Assembly: GCF_006345805.1 (NCBI RefSeq)
Contig: NC_043011.1
Coordinates: 25,928,464 to 25,992,463 of the forward strand
Direction: 5' to 3'
Length of the DNA stretch: 64,000 bases
Origin: Octopus sinensis
Lineage: Eukaryota
The notes beneath the pieces are model-generated. The model was given only the letters and a program-made list of their open reading frames with translations, searched no databases and had not been told where the DNA came from. Made by a program: the position numbers and the translations under genes. This document shows positions 27,935 to 41,714 of this stretch, piece after piece. Position 1 is the stretch's first letter, and each line of letters opens with the position of its first letter.

Positions 27935-29180
27935 TCAGGTCATTAAGAATGAAATGTCTGATTTTCTTATGCACCAAGTTTGACAGTCGTTAACTCTAAT
28001 GATTTATCCTGACAATTCTTTGTTTTACAACATTGAAGAGTTTACATCATTACTTTTCGAAATGCAATTCAGGGTGTCTGATTATATTGTGAGTTTTCTC
28101 TTGTAAATCAATTTTTGTGAATCCATGGATAGATTGAAAATTTGTGTTGTTTATGAATATGAGTTCTGTCATTGAACCAATGTATCCCAGATAGCTTGAA
28201 ACATCAACGAGATGTTTGGTGAAGTTGTTGCAAATGAGCACGCTGTACATCGATGATCTGAGAAGTTCCAGTCTGGTGACTTTACTCTTCAAATCAGCCC
28301 CATGGTAGACCTGAGACAAAGGTGGATAATGATGAGCTGGAAACTAGGAGAAGCAGATACATCTCAAACTATGTGTGAATTAGCAGCAAGATTTGATATT
28401 TCGATTCCAACAGTATTGGACCATCTGAAACAAATTAGCAAGGTAAAGAGGCTGGACAAGAGGGTACCACATGAAATGAACGATCATCAAATGATACATC
28501 ATCTTGAAATTTGCTGTTCTTTGCTGTCACAGCATAAAGGCAAACCATTTTTGTATCATATTGTTACGTATGATGAAAAATGGATTCTTATCAACAATAG
28601 CAAGTGTTCTACACAGTGGTTAGATAGAGATGAAGTGTCAAAACACAATCCAAAAAAAGAATATTGATCTAAAAAAGCTAATCGTGTCTGTTTGGTGGTC
28701 CAGTGCTGGTGTCATCCACTACATCTTCATGAGACCTGGTAAGTCAACTACAGCAGATGTTTACATCAACCAATTGGATGATATGATGAGTGAACTTGCA
28801 ATTTAACAACCAAGATTGGTCGAGACAGGCCAATTCTCTTGCAAGAGAATGCTCAAATACATGTTGCACAAAGAATGCTACTCAAGTTACAGGAATTGAA
28901 CCTGGAAACACTCTGTCATCCACCATATTCACCAGAGCTTGCACCAACAGACTATCATATATTCCAGGCATTAGACAACTTTTTGCAAGGAAAAAACTTC
29001 AAATCTGAAGGTAGTGCAAAAACAGCCTTTCGTAATTTCATCACCTCCTGGTCTCCAGAATTCTTCACTGTCGGCATAAATAAGCTACCGATAAAATGAC
29101 AAAATCATGTGGATAATTTAGGTGCATACTTTGATTAATTACATCGCTTTTTGTTGAGATAAAGTAAAGTAAACATTCAT
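27935..29180 (+). mobile_element. Decayed mariner with left TIR present and right TIR lost
   Basis: TIR caggtcattaagaatgaaatgtc; RVPHEM, IVTYDEKW and HPPYSPELAPTDYH motifs. The family's right end with TIR is seen at 41445-41710 on the minus strand. Confidence 0.9.
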
Positions 29181-29213
29181 CACACATACAGGCATACATA
29201 TACACCACACATA

Positions 29214-30472
29214 CACAGACATGCAGGAAGTAAATAACACCTTTAATTTTCAAAATTTCTGATCTAAGTGTCTTAATATGTTTTCAGTGGTGTAGAATTT
29301 ACAATGTAATTATTCTTTTTCATTCCAGGTGCCATTATATTAAACATTTGCAAAGAGTAACCATACCATGCACAAAAAATTCAGCAGAACTGTCAGATTT
29401 TCAAAGAGGTTGTATTGTTGGGCAATCTGAGGTTGGTCTTAGCCAGCAAAAAATTGCCGAAAATCTTCAAGTTCCTCTTGCAACTGTTAATTGAATTATA
29501 GTGCAATTCAAAAGCCAAGGAAAAGAATTAACAGATTCTCGTCCCGACTGACCTGGGCCCTCGGAAAGGAAACTTCGCTGTTTGAAGAGAATTGTGGAAA
29601 ACGAACCCCGTTCGAAGGCTTCTTACATTGCAAAACAGCTAGAAGTTAGTCCAAGAATGTGTGTTACATATCTGCATAAGCTTTGGTATTATGGACAAGT
29701 AGCTAGAAGAAAACCTCTCCTTCAACCAATTAATATCACGAAAAGAAAGAAATGTCAGAAAAATCCTGTTCATTTTGGGATAGAGTGATTTTCTTAGATG
29801 AATCCAGATTTGCATTATTTTCAGACAGTGGACATGTTTGGGTCTGGAAGCTTCCCAATCAAGAATTTGATTTGAAACGACTCCAACCAACTGTGAAATA
29901 TGGCAGTATCTCTGTAATGGTATGGAGAGCTGTCACCAGCAATGGTCATTCTGAGCTGAATGAATGCGTTGGAACCATAAATTCTGAAAAATACATCGAA
30001 ATACTTAAGCAAGGGCTACTTCCGATGTATTCACACGATAACATAAAAAAAATGAGTTTTTATTCATGGAAGATGGGGCTCCATGCCACACTGTGAAAAG
30101 GAATCAACAATGGCTGACTGAAAATGGGACCAAAAAGCTTCTTTGGGCGAGCCAATCTCCTGACATGAACCCAATTGAAAATCTTTGGAGTATACTAGAT
30201 AGAGCTATACAAAAAACTCGACAGAAACCAATATCTAAAGATGAATTGTTTCGACTGTGTGAAAAGTGGGCAGAAATTCCACAAGAGACAATCACAAAGC
30301 TCATCAGTTCAATGTCAAAAAGTGCTTCTGAATTAAACACTGCAAAAGGAATGTCAACTAAATACTAAAGTATGTAATCCTACCTATCGATTACATTTCA
30401 ATTGTTTGCTTTGCATATTAAATAAAAGATTTTGAAAATTAAAGGTGTCTATTTATTTCCAGCGTGTCTGTG
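29214..30472 (+). mobile_element. Full-length decayed Tc1 (DD34E) transposon, ~1.26 kb
   Basis: TA-flanked ~43-bp TIRs cacagacatgcaggaagtaaataacacctttaattttcaaaat; ARRKPLL, FLDESRF, EDGAPCH and SPDMNPIENLW motifs; frameshifts. Confidence 0.93.
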
Positions 30473-30479
30473 TATATAT

Positions 30480-31082
30480 GACAACAAAAGTTTAAATTTT
30501 GGACATAGAGTTACCAGGGGTTTCATATCCACAAAGTCAAAGCCTTGTGGATAGCTCGTTAGTCTCTATGCAAAGACAAAAAATTTTAATTTTCTACGTT
30601 AATGAGGATGGGTTGTCTCCTCTGAACTAGAGGCTAAAACAACCCTTCTAGACCTGAAAAAGCCTAACCAGCTCATACTAATGGGAGTGGCCATTACAAA
30701 ATCTGCATCATGGAGAGAGCCAAAATTCTTAAGGACTATACTACATCTGGCGTGTTAAATAGCTGTAAAGAAGTTTTTTCTAAATGTGTCCACTTCAAGC
30801 ACCACCCACTGGAAAATTGGATCTCCCCATTTGCTGGTTAGGCTTTTTTGGGTCTACAAGGGTTGCTTTATATTCTGGTTCGGGGGAGAAAACCTGGCCT
30901 CATTAGCGTTTTTATATGTTAAGACATAAATCTTGATTTCTGAGTGTTTCCTCACATCTGCGACATAGAAAATTAAAAATTTTTTGTCTTTGTATAGAGT
31001 CTGACGAGTTGTCCACAAGTCTTTGGCTCTGTGGATACGAAACCTTTGGTGACTCTATGTCCAAAATTTTAATTTTTGTTGT
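30480..31082. mobile_element. ~600-bp fold-back element with ~210-bp inverted arms
   Basis: 30480-30600 mirrors 30965-31082, and 30600-30690 mirrors 30825-30908. Confidence 0.8.
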
Positions 31083-31331
31083 AATAATTACTGCTCTATT
31101 CTTTAGAGTGTGCTTCTTTTCTGATATATGTTTTATTGACTACGTATATAGATTGCTAGCCACTCACATTCTTTATTTTCTTTCCTCCTTTCTTTCTGTG
31201 TTCCTTTCTGTGGAAGAGCATAGGCTCGAAATGTTAAAGACTTTTTCACTTGCTGAGCGTTATACTAATACATCTGTTTGTTGTCTACATCACCCGGCTT
31301 CGGCTTCTGTTTTTTTGTGAATTCTCCCCTA

Positions 31332-31363
<32 letters not shown>

Positions 31364-32988
31364 CGTGTGTGTGTGTGTGTGTATTTGAAAGTCTATGAGG
31401 ATTTCATAATACAGTTTTTGAAGTGTAAGGTGTTTTTTTTTTTAAATCATTTTCTTAAACATGTTATGAAATCTGTTACGGGGATGTTACTAACCTTATT
31501 TGAGGAGTTTTTTCTAGTGTGTTTTTTTCTAGTGTATATGTGTGTGTATATATATATATGTTTGTATATATATATATATATTTACCTCTCTGTTTTTCTG
31601 TTTTCTTTCCTCATTCCTTTTTCCAGTGTATCAAACTAATGCACTTTGTTGCTTCCTCACTTGTTTCTGTCTTTTGGTTTTTTTGTACATTACAACCTTA
31701 CACACACACACACACCAAACACAAACACACAATAACCAAACAGACTGTATGGTCAAATTCATATCTCCCTCTCTCTCCCTTTCTCTTTCTCTCTCTCTCA
31801 CTCACTCACTCTCTCTCCCTCCCTCCCTCTTTCTTTCTTCTTTCCTTTCTTTCTTTCTTTCTTTCTTAACCAAGCAAAACAGACAGATGAACAGATGAAT
31901 CATTGAATAATTAATTCCTCAGATTTCACCCGATCATTATCCAATTTGAAAAGGACTGGGGTGGGTTCTGTGGAAGATTTCACTGTCACTTCTAGGAAAT
32001 CAAGCAACCACGTAGAAGTTCACTCATTGTTTCCATGTATAAAAGTAGTTCATTGATTCAATGGAATCAATGAACTTTGCCTGCAGCTGTCAGTTTATAT
32101 ATGACCTAGGTAATATAATCGCTGTTGTAAGGTGTTCATAGCGAAGCTATAGCAGATAGAGTTGTTGTTTAACCCCAGGTTAGGTTTGATTGATCAGACC
32201 CATGACAAAAGGCATTCCTGTTGTGAACATCAGAAGAATCTTTTTTTTTTTCTTTATAAAGGCATAATGTATCTCACATACTGTGTCTTTACAGTTCTAA
32301 GATCATATGATTTGAGGGAGGTTTGCTTGACTCTTCTTTCTGGTGAGTTAAGGACCCGTGCCATGCAAAAGATGACTATCTGACTAATCCATGCATGATG
32401 GAAAAGTAGACACGAAAATAGGGATGACACACACACTCACACACACACACATATATGTATATGTGTATGTATATCTGTATGTATGTGTGCGTATATATAT
32501 ATCATCATAAACATGTAATGTCTGTTGTCCATGCAGGCATAGGTTGGACAGCTTGACATGAACTGGCAAGGCCAGGAGCCACACCAGGTTCCATAATCTG
32601 ATTTGGCTTGGTTTCTATGGCTGGATGCCCTTCCTAACAGCAACCACTTTACAGAGTGTACTGGGTGCTTTTTACATGGCCATATCACCAGTGCTCTTTA
32701 TATGGCACCTGCAACCAAACCAATGCTTTTTACAAAGCACCTTGTTTTCAGGTTATCAATTCTGTTTTGGTGGTCAGGTTTTCTCGACTACAGCAATGTG
32801 CCACATATCACTTATCACTTAATAAGTACCAACGCACAAAACTCAAAACTCTTGGGCCTTCAGTCACCCTGTTGCTTCTGCTAAAATATTGATAAAAATA
32901 TACATAGAGTCATATTTTGAGTTTTATTTTCCATGTTTGCATCAAGATATATATATATACACACATATACATACACACACACACACAC

Positions 32989-33019
<31 letters not shown>

Positions 33020-33046
33020 TATATATATATGTATGTGTGTGTGTAT

Positions 33047-33088
<42 letters not shown>

Positions 33089-33105
33089 GAGAAAGATATA
33101 GATAT

Positions 33106-33144
<39 letters not shown>

Positions 33145-33297
33145 TATACACATACATATATATGTATATATATTCTTGAAGTACACATAAGCTACAAATA
33201 AAACCCCAAACGGGTTTTTCAATTCAATATTACATGTTGTTGTTTGTTGTATGTGTGTAGCTTGAGATATACTATTTCCAATTATGTATTAATTATA

Positions 33298-33351
<54 letters not shown>

Positions 33352-34110
33352 TATATGCTCCCTACACAACTGATTCCCATGCTGGTGGCACATAAGAAAT
33401 ACCATCGAAATGTGGTTGATGCCAGTGGTACCTGGTCTGGTACCTGTGCCACTGGCATGTAAAAAAACAGTCACTACATGCTCAGAGTGGTTGGCATTAG
33501 AAAGGGTATCCAACTGTAAAAACCTTGCCAGATCAGATTGGAGCTTGGTGCAGCCTACTGGCTCGCCAGACCTCAGTCAACCTGTCCAACCTATGCCAGC
33601 ATAGAAAACAGACGTTAAACGATGATGATGATGATGATGATGATATATGTGTGTGTGTGTGTGTGTTTATATATATATATATATATATAAATATATATAT
33701 ACTCTTTTACTCTTTTATTTGTTTCAGTCATTTGACTGTGGCCATGCTGAAGCACAGCCTTTAGTCAAGCAAATCGAGCCCAGGACTTATTCTTTGTAAG
33801 CCTAGTACTTATTCTATTGGTCTCTTTTGCTGAACCGCTAAGTTACGGGGATGTAAAAACACCAGCATCGATTGTTAAGCGATGTTAGGGGGACAAGCAC
33901 AGACACACAAACATATACACATACATATATATCATCATCATCATCATCATCATCATCATCGTTTAGCGTCCGTTTTCCATGCTAGCATGGGTTGGACGGT
34001 TTAACTGGGGTCTGTGAAGCCGGAAGGCTTCATCAGGCCTAGTCAGATCTGGCAGTGTTTCTATGGCTGGATGCCCTTCATAACGCTAACCACTCCGATA
34101 TATATATATA

Positions 34111-34148
<38 letters not shown>

Positions 34149-34391
34149 GATGAGCTTCTTTCAGTTTCCATCTACCAAATCCACTCACAAAGCTTTAGTC
34201 GGCCTGAGGCTATAGTAAAAGACACTTGCCCAAGGTTCCATGCAGTGGGACTGAACCCGAAACCATGTGGTTGGTAAGCAAGCTACTTGCCACACAGCCA
34301 CTCCTACACCTATGTGTATATATATATATATAGATATATAATATAATATATATATATATATTATATGTATGTATGTATGTATGTATTTATG

Positions 34392-34440
<49 letters not shown>

Positions 34441-34471
34441 ATATTATATATATATAATATATATTTATATA

Positions 34472-34534
<63 letters not shown>

Positions 34535-35304
34535 ATGATGTATGTATGTATGTATGTATGTATGATCAGATGGATGGATGGATGGATAGATGGACGGATG
34601 GACAGTATCATGTCAGTGGAGGTGGCTTTCACGATGGCTGGATGGGAGTGAAGAAAGTAGCAGCAGTTTTCTGGTAGTTGGCCAAACCCTTTCACAAAAG
34701 CAAAAAGAAAAATAAATGTTAAAATTGAGAAGTGAAAATATTGCGAACTTAATTATTTTGCAACAGCAACACCATTCAGTTTCCATACATTGTTTTTCTT
34801 CTTCGCACTCATATTCCTTCGTCTTTCACATTTTCTTAGCGTCTACATTCTTCATCTTTCAACTTCATTTCTTTATCGATTTTATTATTTTTATACCTTA
34901 AAATCCGTGTTTTTGTTAACTTTTATTTCATGTGTCTAAGAACTCTGAGGGGTACAATATTAATGTTATATTATTTTTGGCTTGTTACATCTTTTCAAAT
35001 TTTTTTTCTATCTTTGTATTGGATTTGTTTCCTTCTTTCTGCCTGTCTTTCATTTTTTTCCATGTCTTTATATCCTTGATATGTTTTTCCCTTTTCCATT
35101 CAATAATTCTTTCTTATTAAGGCGGTGAGCAAGCACAATTGTTAGCGTATTAAACAAAATGGCTTAGTGGGATGTCTTGCAGTTCTTTATATTCTCATTG
35201 TCACTGAGGTCAACTTTGCCATTCAACATTTTGAGGTTGATAAAATAAGTACCAGTCATGTACTGGGGTTGATGAAATTGATTAAACCACTACTCCTAAA
35301 TTTG

Positions 35305-35711
35305 CTCTGTAATTGTTTGTATCTAAAGCGTTACCTTTACCTTTGTAGCAGTTGACTATGGTGCTGCTACACCAGTCATTGGGTATGACTCCATGTATCA
35401 CCTGGTTAACTATACAGGTGACTAGGCTATAGCCAACACCGCCAGATATTTTGAGCATCTCTGCAGTGATTTCTGATGGGCCGGGGGCTTTTCCTGTCTT
35501 CATACTCTTAATTGCCTCATCTACCAAGGTACTGCCAATTCGGATAGTTGGTCCCTCTGTTGGGTTGACATTTGGCAGACTCTCTTTCTCCTATTCATTC
35601 TCTTTATAGAGCAACCTTTCATAGTGGCATCTCCAAACCTCTCTCTTTGCAGCCTTGTTTAGTGCAAGTGAACCATCATCCATGCGGACACATTTCTCTC
35701 CTACATCACGA
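35305..35711 (-). mobile_element. RTE LINE fragment, same family as 10495-12205, running into the assembly gap
   Basis: EKCVRMDDGSLAL...HYERLL and AIKSMKTGKAPGPS...IPNDWCSSTIVNCYKGKG..NYR. Confidence 0.9.
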
Positions 35712-35811
35712 NNNNNNNNNNNNNNNNNNNNNNNNNNNNNNNNNNNNNNNNNNNNNNNNNNNNNNNNNNNNNNNNNNNNNNNNNNNNNNNNNNNNNNNNN
35801 NNNNNNNNNNN
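35712..35811. other. Assembly gap (100 N, true size unknown)
   Basis: Run of n. Confidence 1.
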
Positions 35812-36115
35812 ACAACTTTACTTTTATATATAAAGATATACATATATACATATCAAGTGGTGGTAGGGGCAAACATAGACACAAAGACACACACACATAC
35901 AATGGGCTTCTTTCAGTTTCTGTCTACCAGATCCACTTGCAATGCTTTGGTCAGCTTGAGGCTATAGTAGAAGACACTTGCTCAAGGTGCCATGCAGTGG
36001 GACTGAACATGGATCCATGTGGTTATGGGGCAAGTTTCTTATTTCTTTATTGCCCACAAGGGACTGAACATAGAGGGGACAAACAAGGACAGACAAAGTG
36101 ATTAAGTACTGGTAC

Positions 36116-36347
36116 TTAACCCTTTCAGTACCAACCCGGCTGAAACTGGCTCTGGCTCTGTAGTACCAATGTCTTGTTTTCATAAGTTTTGAATTAAAAT
36201 CTTCCACCAAACCTTAGTCACTATTTATGTTCCTAACACTAGCTTAATGATAACTAAGTTATTTTACTAAATTCTTTGTGATATTTAAAATTAATTGAAA
36301 GAAACACAGAGCATCTCAAAATAAATACAGAAATATGAAAAGGTTAA
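36116..36347. mobile_element. piggyBac-type MITE with TTAA TSD, nested in a SINE
   Basis: TTAA-ccctttc...gaaaagg-TTAA; a close relative lies at 56336-56563. Confidence 0.85.
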
Positions 36348-37155
36348 CCAAAATGAAAGGGTTTATCGACCCCGAAAGGATGAAAGGCAAAGTTGACCTC
36401 AGCGGAATTTGGACTCAGAATGTAATGGTTGTGAAGCAAGTTTCTTACCACACAACCGCACCTGCGCCTATGTGTACATCTTACAATTGTGTTTCCACAA
36501 GTTTTTATGTTTACATGTGTAGTTTTGAAAAACATGAATACACATGCATTTGTTTGTATACGGAGTTTACCATAGCTTGTATGTCTGCATGTCTATTTAT
36601 GCGTATGTGCTTGTGTACCTTTGTATGTGTGAAGGTATGTCTACATGTATGTGCATGTAATGTTTTGCAGTGGTATGTAAGTACAAATTGAATGAGTATA
36701 GGTGTGTGTGTGTGTGCGTGTAAGTTTCTATGTACATATATGCATATATATGATTGTATACATATATGTATTTGCATGTGCGCGTGTATGTGTATGTATA
36801 TTTGGGGTTAAAGTTTCCATGTATCAATGCATTTGTGTGTATAAATAGATGTATTTGTCTGTGTGTGTGTGTGTATGTATATATATTTATATATATACAT
36901 ATTCTTTTTTTATTGCCCACATGAGGCTAATCATAGAGGGGACAAACAAGGACAGACAAAGAGATTAAGTCAATTACATCGACCCCAGTGTGTAACTGGT
37001 ACTTATTTAATTGACCCTGAAAGGATGAAAGGCAATGTCAACCTCGGTAGAATTTGAACTGAGAACCTAACAGCAGACGAAATACTACTAAGTATTTCAC
37101 CCACAGGGCTAACAATTCTGCCAGCTTGCCACCCTAAATTATATATATATATGTG

Positions 37156-37219
<64 letters not shown>

Positions 37220-37665
37220 ATATGTGTATGTATGTGCATGTAATATTTTGTGTACATTTATGCATGAATGCAAGCATGTGCATAATTTTATTTGAGTGTA
37301 TATGTGCAATGTGTGTGTGTGAGTGTCCAAATCTTTTCACACTGTGATGTCTCCAAAGCTAAGCATTTGACAAGCTGACCATGACCTCACATCCTACTCT
37401 TCTGCCACTCACTTGTTCTTCCACCACAATATACATTTTGCCTTAGGAGAGCAAACAAACCTACACACAAACAAATCAATTAATTAAAATGGTGAGTATA
37501 TATATATATATATATAGATATATATACACACACATGATGTATGTATGTATGTATGTATGTATGTATGTATGTATGTATTAATGCTATATCTCCATTCTCT
37601 TAATTTTCTTTTGGGTATCTATATATATATATACATATACATATACATATATACACATATATATA

Positions 37666-37696
<31 letters not shown>

Positions 37697-37984
37697 TATT
37701 ATATATTATATATCATATATATATATATATATATATACATACACACATACACGCACATATATACACACACACACACATGCACGCACACATATCTTAATTA
37801 AAGACAAACAGAAGGAAGAAGAAAAGGAAGAATAGGGGGGAAAAGAAGCAGGAGAAAGAAAGAGAGAAAGAAACAAAGAAACAAAGAAACAAAGAAACAA
37901 AGAAACAAAGAAACGAAGAAAGAATGAAAGAAAGGAAGGAATGAAGAAATGAAGAAAGAAGAAAAGAAAGAACGAAAGAAAGAG

Positions 37985-38027
<43 letters not shown>

Positions 38028-38283
38028 AGTGTGATGTGAGATATTTGCATGACCAAGCGATTTTTACTTATCAGGGATCACCTTTGACCCAAATCAATAA
38101 TAAGACAATTTACAGATGAAGCCAATAAAAGTAGAATGTGTTTCTGTTATTGATTTTGGTGAGAGTGCCAAGTCAACAACAACAATAATGACTTTGGGAG
38201 TAAATGATAATTTCTTACATAGGCGTAATATGCCTTGTTTAGTGAATTTGCGAGACAGAAACTGTGTGGTGAAGCCTGTCATG

Positions 38284-38320
<37 letters not shown>

Positions 38321-38895
38321 ATATTCATATTCCATATATATTTATATATATATATATATTTTTTATATATATATAGATAATATATCATGTAATACAGATA
38401 TATATATATACATATATATATATTATTATATATATGTATATATTTTGTATATATATCTAGTATATATATCTGTATCTTTATACTCTCTTCTCTTTTACTT
38501 CTTGTTTCAGTCATGTGACTGTGTGCCATGCTGGAGCACCACCTTCAGTCAAGCAAATCGACCCCAGGACTTATTCTTTGTAAGCCTAGTACTTATTCTA
38601 TCGGTCTCTTTTCCTGAACCGCTAAGTTACGGGGACGTAAACACACCACCATCGGTTGTCAAGCGATATTGGGGGGGGACAAACACAGACATACAAACAC
38701 ACACACACAAACACATATATATACATATATACGACAGGCTTCCTTCAGTTTCCGTTTACCAAATCCACTCATAAGGTTTTGGTTGGCCCGAGTCTATTGT
38801 GGCAGACACATGCCCAAGGTGCCATGCAGTGGGACTGAACCCAAAACCATGTGGTTCGTAAGCAAGCAACTTACCACACAGCCACTCCTACGCCT

Positions 38896-38928
<33 letters not shown>

Positions 38929-39034
38929 TGTATATATTCCTTTATTCTTTTATTAGTTTCAGTCATTTGACTGCGACCGTGCTGGAGCACTGGCCGAAAG
39001 GGTTTTTAGTTGAACAAATCGACCCCAGGAATTA

Positions 39035-39525
39035 TTTTATATAATAATGAAATGATTGTATACAGTGCTCAAGTGCACCACAACTTGTCAGAAAGTGTGT
39101 ATAGAGTATATACAGTAATGTACAAATGTTTGGAAAGCGAACAATGTATGAGTCAGATACATGCTTGTGTGTGTATGGAGGGGAGAAAATCAGGTGTAAT
39201 GTTGGCAAATCTCAGAAAGCATGGAAGTTTTGAAGGATGCAGTGCTCCGACAACTAACAACTGATGCCGGAAGTTTGTTCCATGCTTCAGCAACTCTCAG
39301 CATAAAAAAATGTTTCCTAAAGTCATGGGAGCTGTGCTGTTTTCTGACTTTGTAAATATGTCCACGGGTGTTAGATGGATGGAGTTTGAAAAAGGTGTCC
39401 AGAGTTATTGTTTGTAACATGGTTAATAATTCTATGAGTGTCTGCCAAGTCAGCTGCCAGATGTCAGAGTTTCAATGTGTCCATGCCCAGGGAAGTGAGG
39501 CGTTCAGAATATGGCAAATCCCTGA
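39035..39525 (-). mobile_element. CR1-clade LINE 3' end
   Basis: NTRGHIYKV...RKHFFMLRVAEAWNKLPASVV...ASFKTS. Confidence 0.88.
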
Positions 39526-40065
39526 TGGAGGGTATAAGCCTAGTACTTATACTGTCAATTTCCTTTGCCAAACTGCTATGTTATGGGTATGTAAACACTC
39601 TAAAAACAGTTATCAAGCAGTGATGGGGGGGGGGACAGACACAAAGCCACACATACATACATACATACATACATGCATACCAATGTTTTCCATCTTGTTC
39701 TGCACTTATGTGCTCACCTTTGTGTGTGTGTGTGTGTGTGTGTGTGTTTGTGTGCATGTGTCTGTATATATGTGTGTGTGTGGTGTGAATATATATATAT
39801 ATATATATACATGCATATATGAAATATGCTTCTTTCAATTTCTGTCAAGCAAATCCACTCACAACACTTTGGTTGGCCCTCGAGGCTATAGTAGAAGACT
39901 TGCCCAAAGTGTCTAGCAGTGGAACTGAACCTGGAACCATGTGGTTGGAAAGCAAGCCTCTTGTTACACAGTCGTATCTGTGCCATATTTTTATGTGTAT
40001 GTGTGTGTGTGTGTGTGCGTGTGTTTTGTGTATACATGTACACACAACACACGCACACACATATA

Positions 40066-40454
40066 CAGGATGGGCCAAAAGTCACACATCAAAACAGTTG
40101 ACATTTATATTGGCAGACTCACAAGCATGCCAGGTAAAATGCTTAGCAGCATGTCATCCATCTTTACATTCTGAGTTCAAATTCCACTGAGGTCAACTTT
40201 CCCTTTTGTCCTTTCAGGGTCAATAAGATAAATACCAATTAAATACTGGGATTGATATAATTGACTTACCCCACCCCAGTTCAGGCCTTGTGCCTATAAC
40301 AGAAAAGATTATTCATTTTGTTCATTGTGTACAAGTACGTGTGTATTTATCAATATTTTATCTATTTTACTCAATTTTAGAAAAAGTGAAGCATGTCTTT
40401 GACAATTCCAGAGCATATAGAACTTATTTTATGCTTGACTTTTGGCCCACCTTG
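40066..40454. mobile_element. Tc1/mariner MITE with a nested B2 SINE
   Basis: TA-caggatgggccaaaagtca ... tgacttttggcccaccttg-TA. Confidence 0.75.
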
Positions 40455-40638
40455 TATATATGTACATATAGGTGCATTAGTTTGATGCTCGGGAAGAATG
40501 GAAAAGTCTTTGACATTTTGAGCCTATGCTCTTCAACAGAAAGGGTTGAGAGGAAATAACGGACAGAGAAAAAAAGTGTAGGGATTAGCAGTTTAACATG
40601 ATGAAAACTACATATACATGTATGTATGTATGTATGTA

Positions 40639-40692
<54 letters not shown>

Positions 40693-40713
40693 TGTGTAAT
40701 ACATTTATAATAG

Positions 40714-41052
40714 CAGTGATTCTCAACCATTTTTTCATCTATGGACCCCTTTGGCTACAGTTTTATTCTGGTGGACTCCTGTAGCCATTCAATGTTTAAA
40801 AACTAGTTCTATAGATGCTTCTTTCAGAATTCCTATTCAGCTTCTCATACTTTCATACTTCTGTAAGCTGAACTATATAAAATGTCAGAGAAAGAAACCT
40901 AGCTGTTTCTTGCAATAATTACATCCAAAATAACATTTTTCTCATAGATCCTTAATATGTTCCTGTACCAATTTACTATTTTGCTTGTGTTGACCCCCAA
41001 AATTCTTATATAGACGCCTAGGGGTCATATGGATTCTGGTTGAGAAACACGA
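40714..41052. mobile_element. hAT (Charlie-like) MITE
   Basis: cagtgattctcaacc ... ggttgagaaacac termini with subterminal ggacccc motifs. Confidence 0.75.
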
Positions 41053-41128
41053 GCATAAAGCTATGAATAATAATGTGCAAATATTAAAAATCCCTTTGGT
41101 TAGAAGAAATCAAAGTTTGGCTGTGATA

Positions 41129-41434
41129 TCTTTATATATAAAAGTGAAGTTGTGTGTCTGTCTCCTACAATTTAGATTCCTAGCTACTCCCACATTTTGC
41201 GGTGCAGTTTAACCAAAAGCAGGTATCTTATAGTTGTGATTCATATCGAGCCCTTCTGGGTATTATTAGCATGTGTCTAGGATGAGTCTCCGATTTAAAA
41301 AAAAAATTACTATAATTTTTTTCCCATTTTTAATGCATTTTTTTTGCTATTATATAAGGGAAGTAACTCTCTAAAAAAATGCTTATATAGTTATTTCCCT
41401 TACAAACCCAAGCAACGACGGGCGATACTGCTAG
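41129..41434 (+). mobile_element. Non-autonomous Helitron
   Basis: Starts A|TC tttatatataaaag and ends with hairpin cccaagcaacgacggg...CTAG|T. The same 5' end occurs at 35812-35836 on the minus strand. Confidence 0.88.
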
Positions 41435-41444
41435 TAAACAATAT

Positions 41445-41710
41445 ATAAGGTCATTAAGAATGAAATGTCCAATTTTGAACTGAAAGTTTATTTTACTTTA
41501 TCTCAATAAAAACCAATGCAGTTAATCAAAGTATGCACCTAAATTATCAACACGATTTTACCATTTTATCAGTAGCTTATTTATGCTGGCAGTGAAGAAT
41601 TCTGGAGAGCAAAAGGAGATGAAATCATGAAAGGCTGTTTTTGCATCTTCCTCAGATTTGAGGTTTTTTTCCTTGCAACAAGTTGTCTAATGCCTGCAAA
41701 AAATGATAGT
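41445..41710 (-). mobile_element. 3' end of the mariner family found at 27935
   Basis: TIR aggtcattaagaatgaaatgtcc plus transposase C-terminal DNA homologous to 28960-29175. Confidence 0.85.
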
Positions 41711-41714
41711 CAGG

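Noticed and set aside
27935-30472. Active or domesticated transposase
   Set aside because: All mariner and Tc1 ORFs in the window carry multiple stops and frameshifts.
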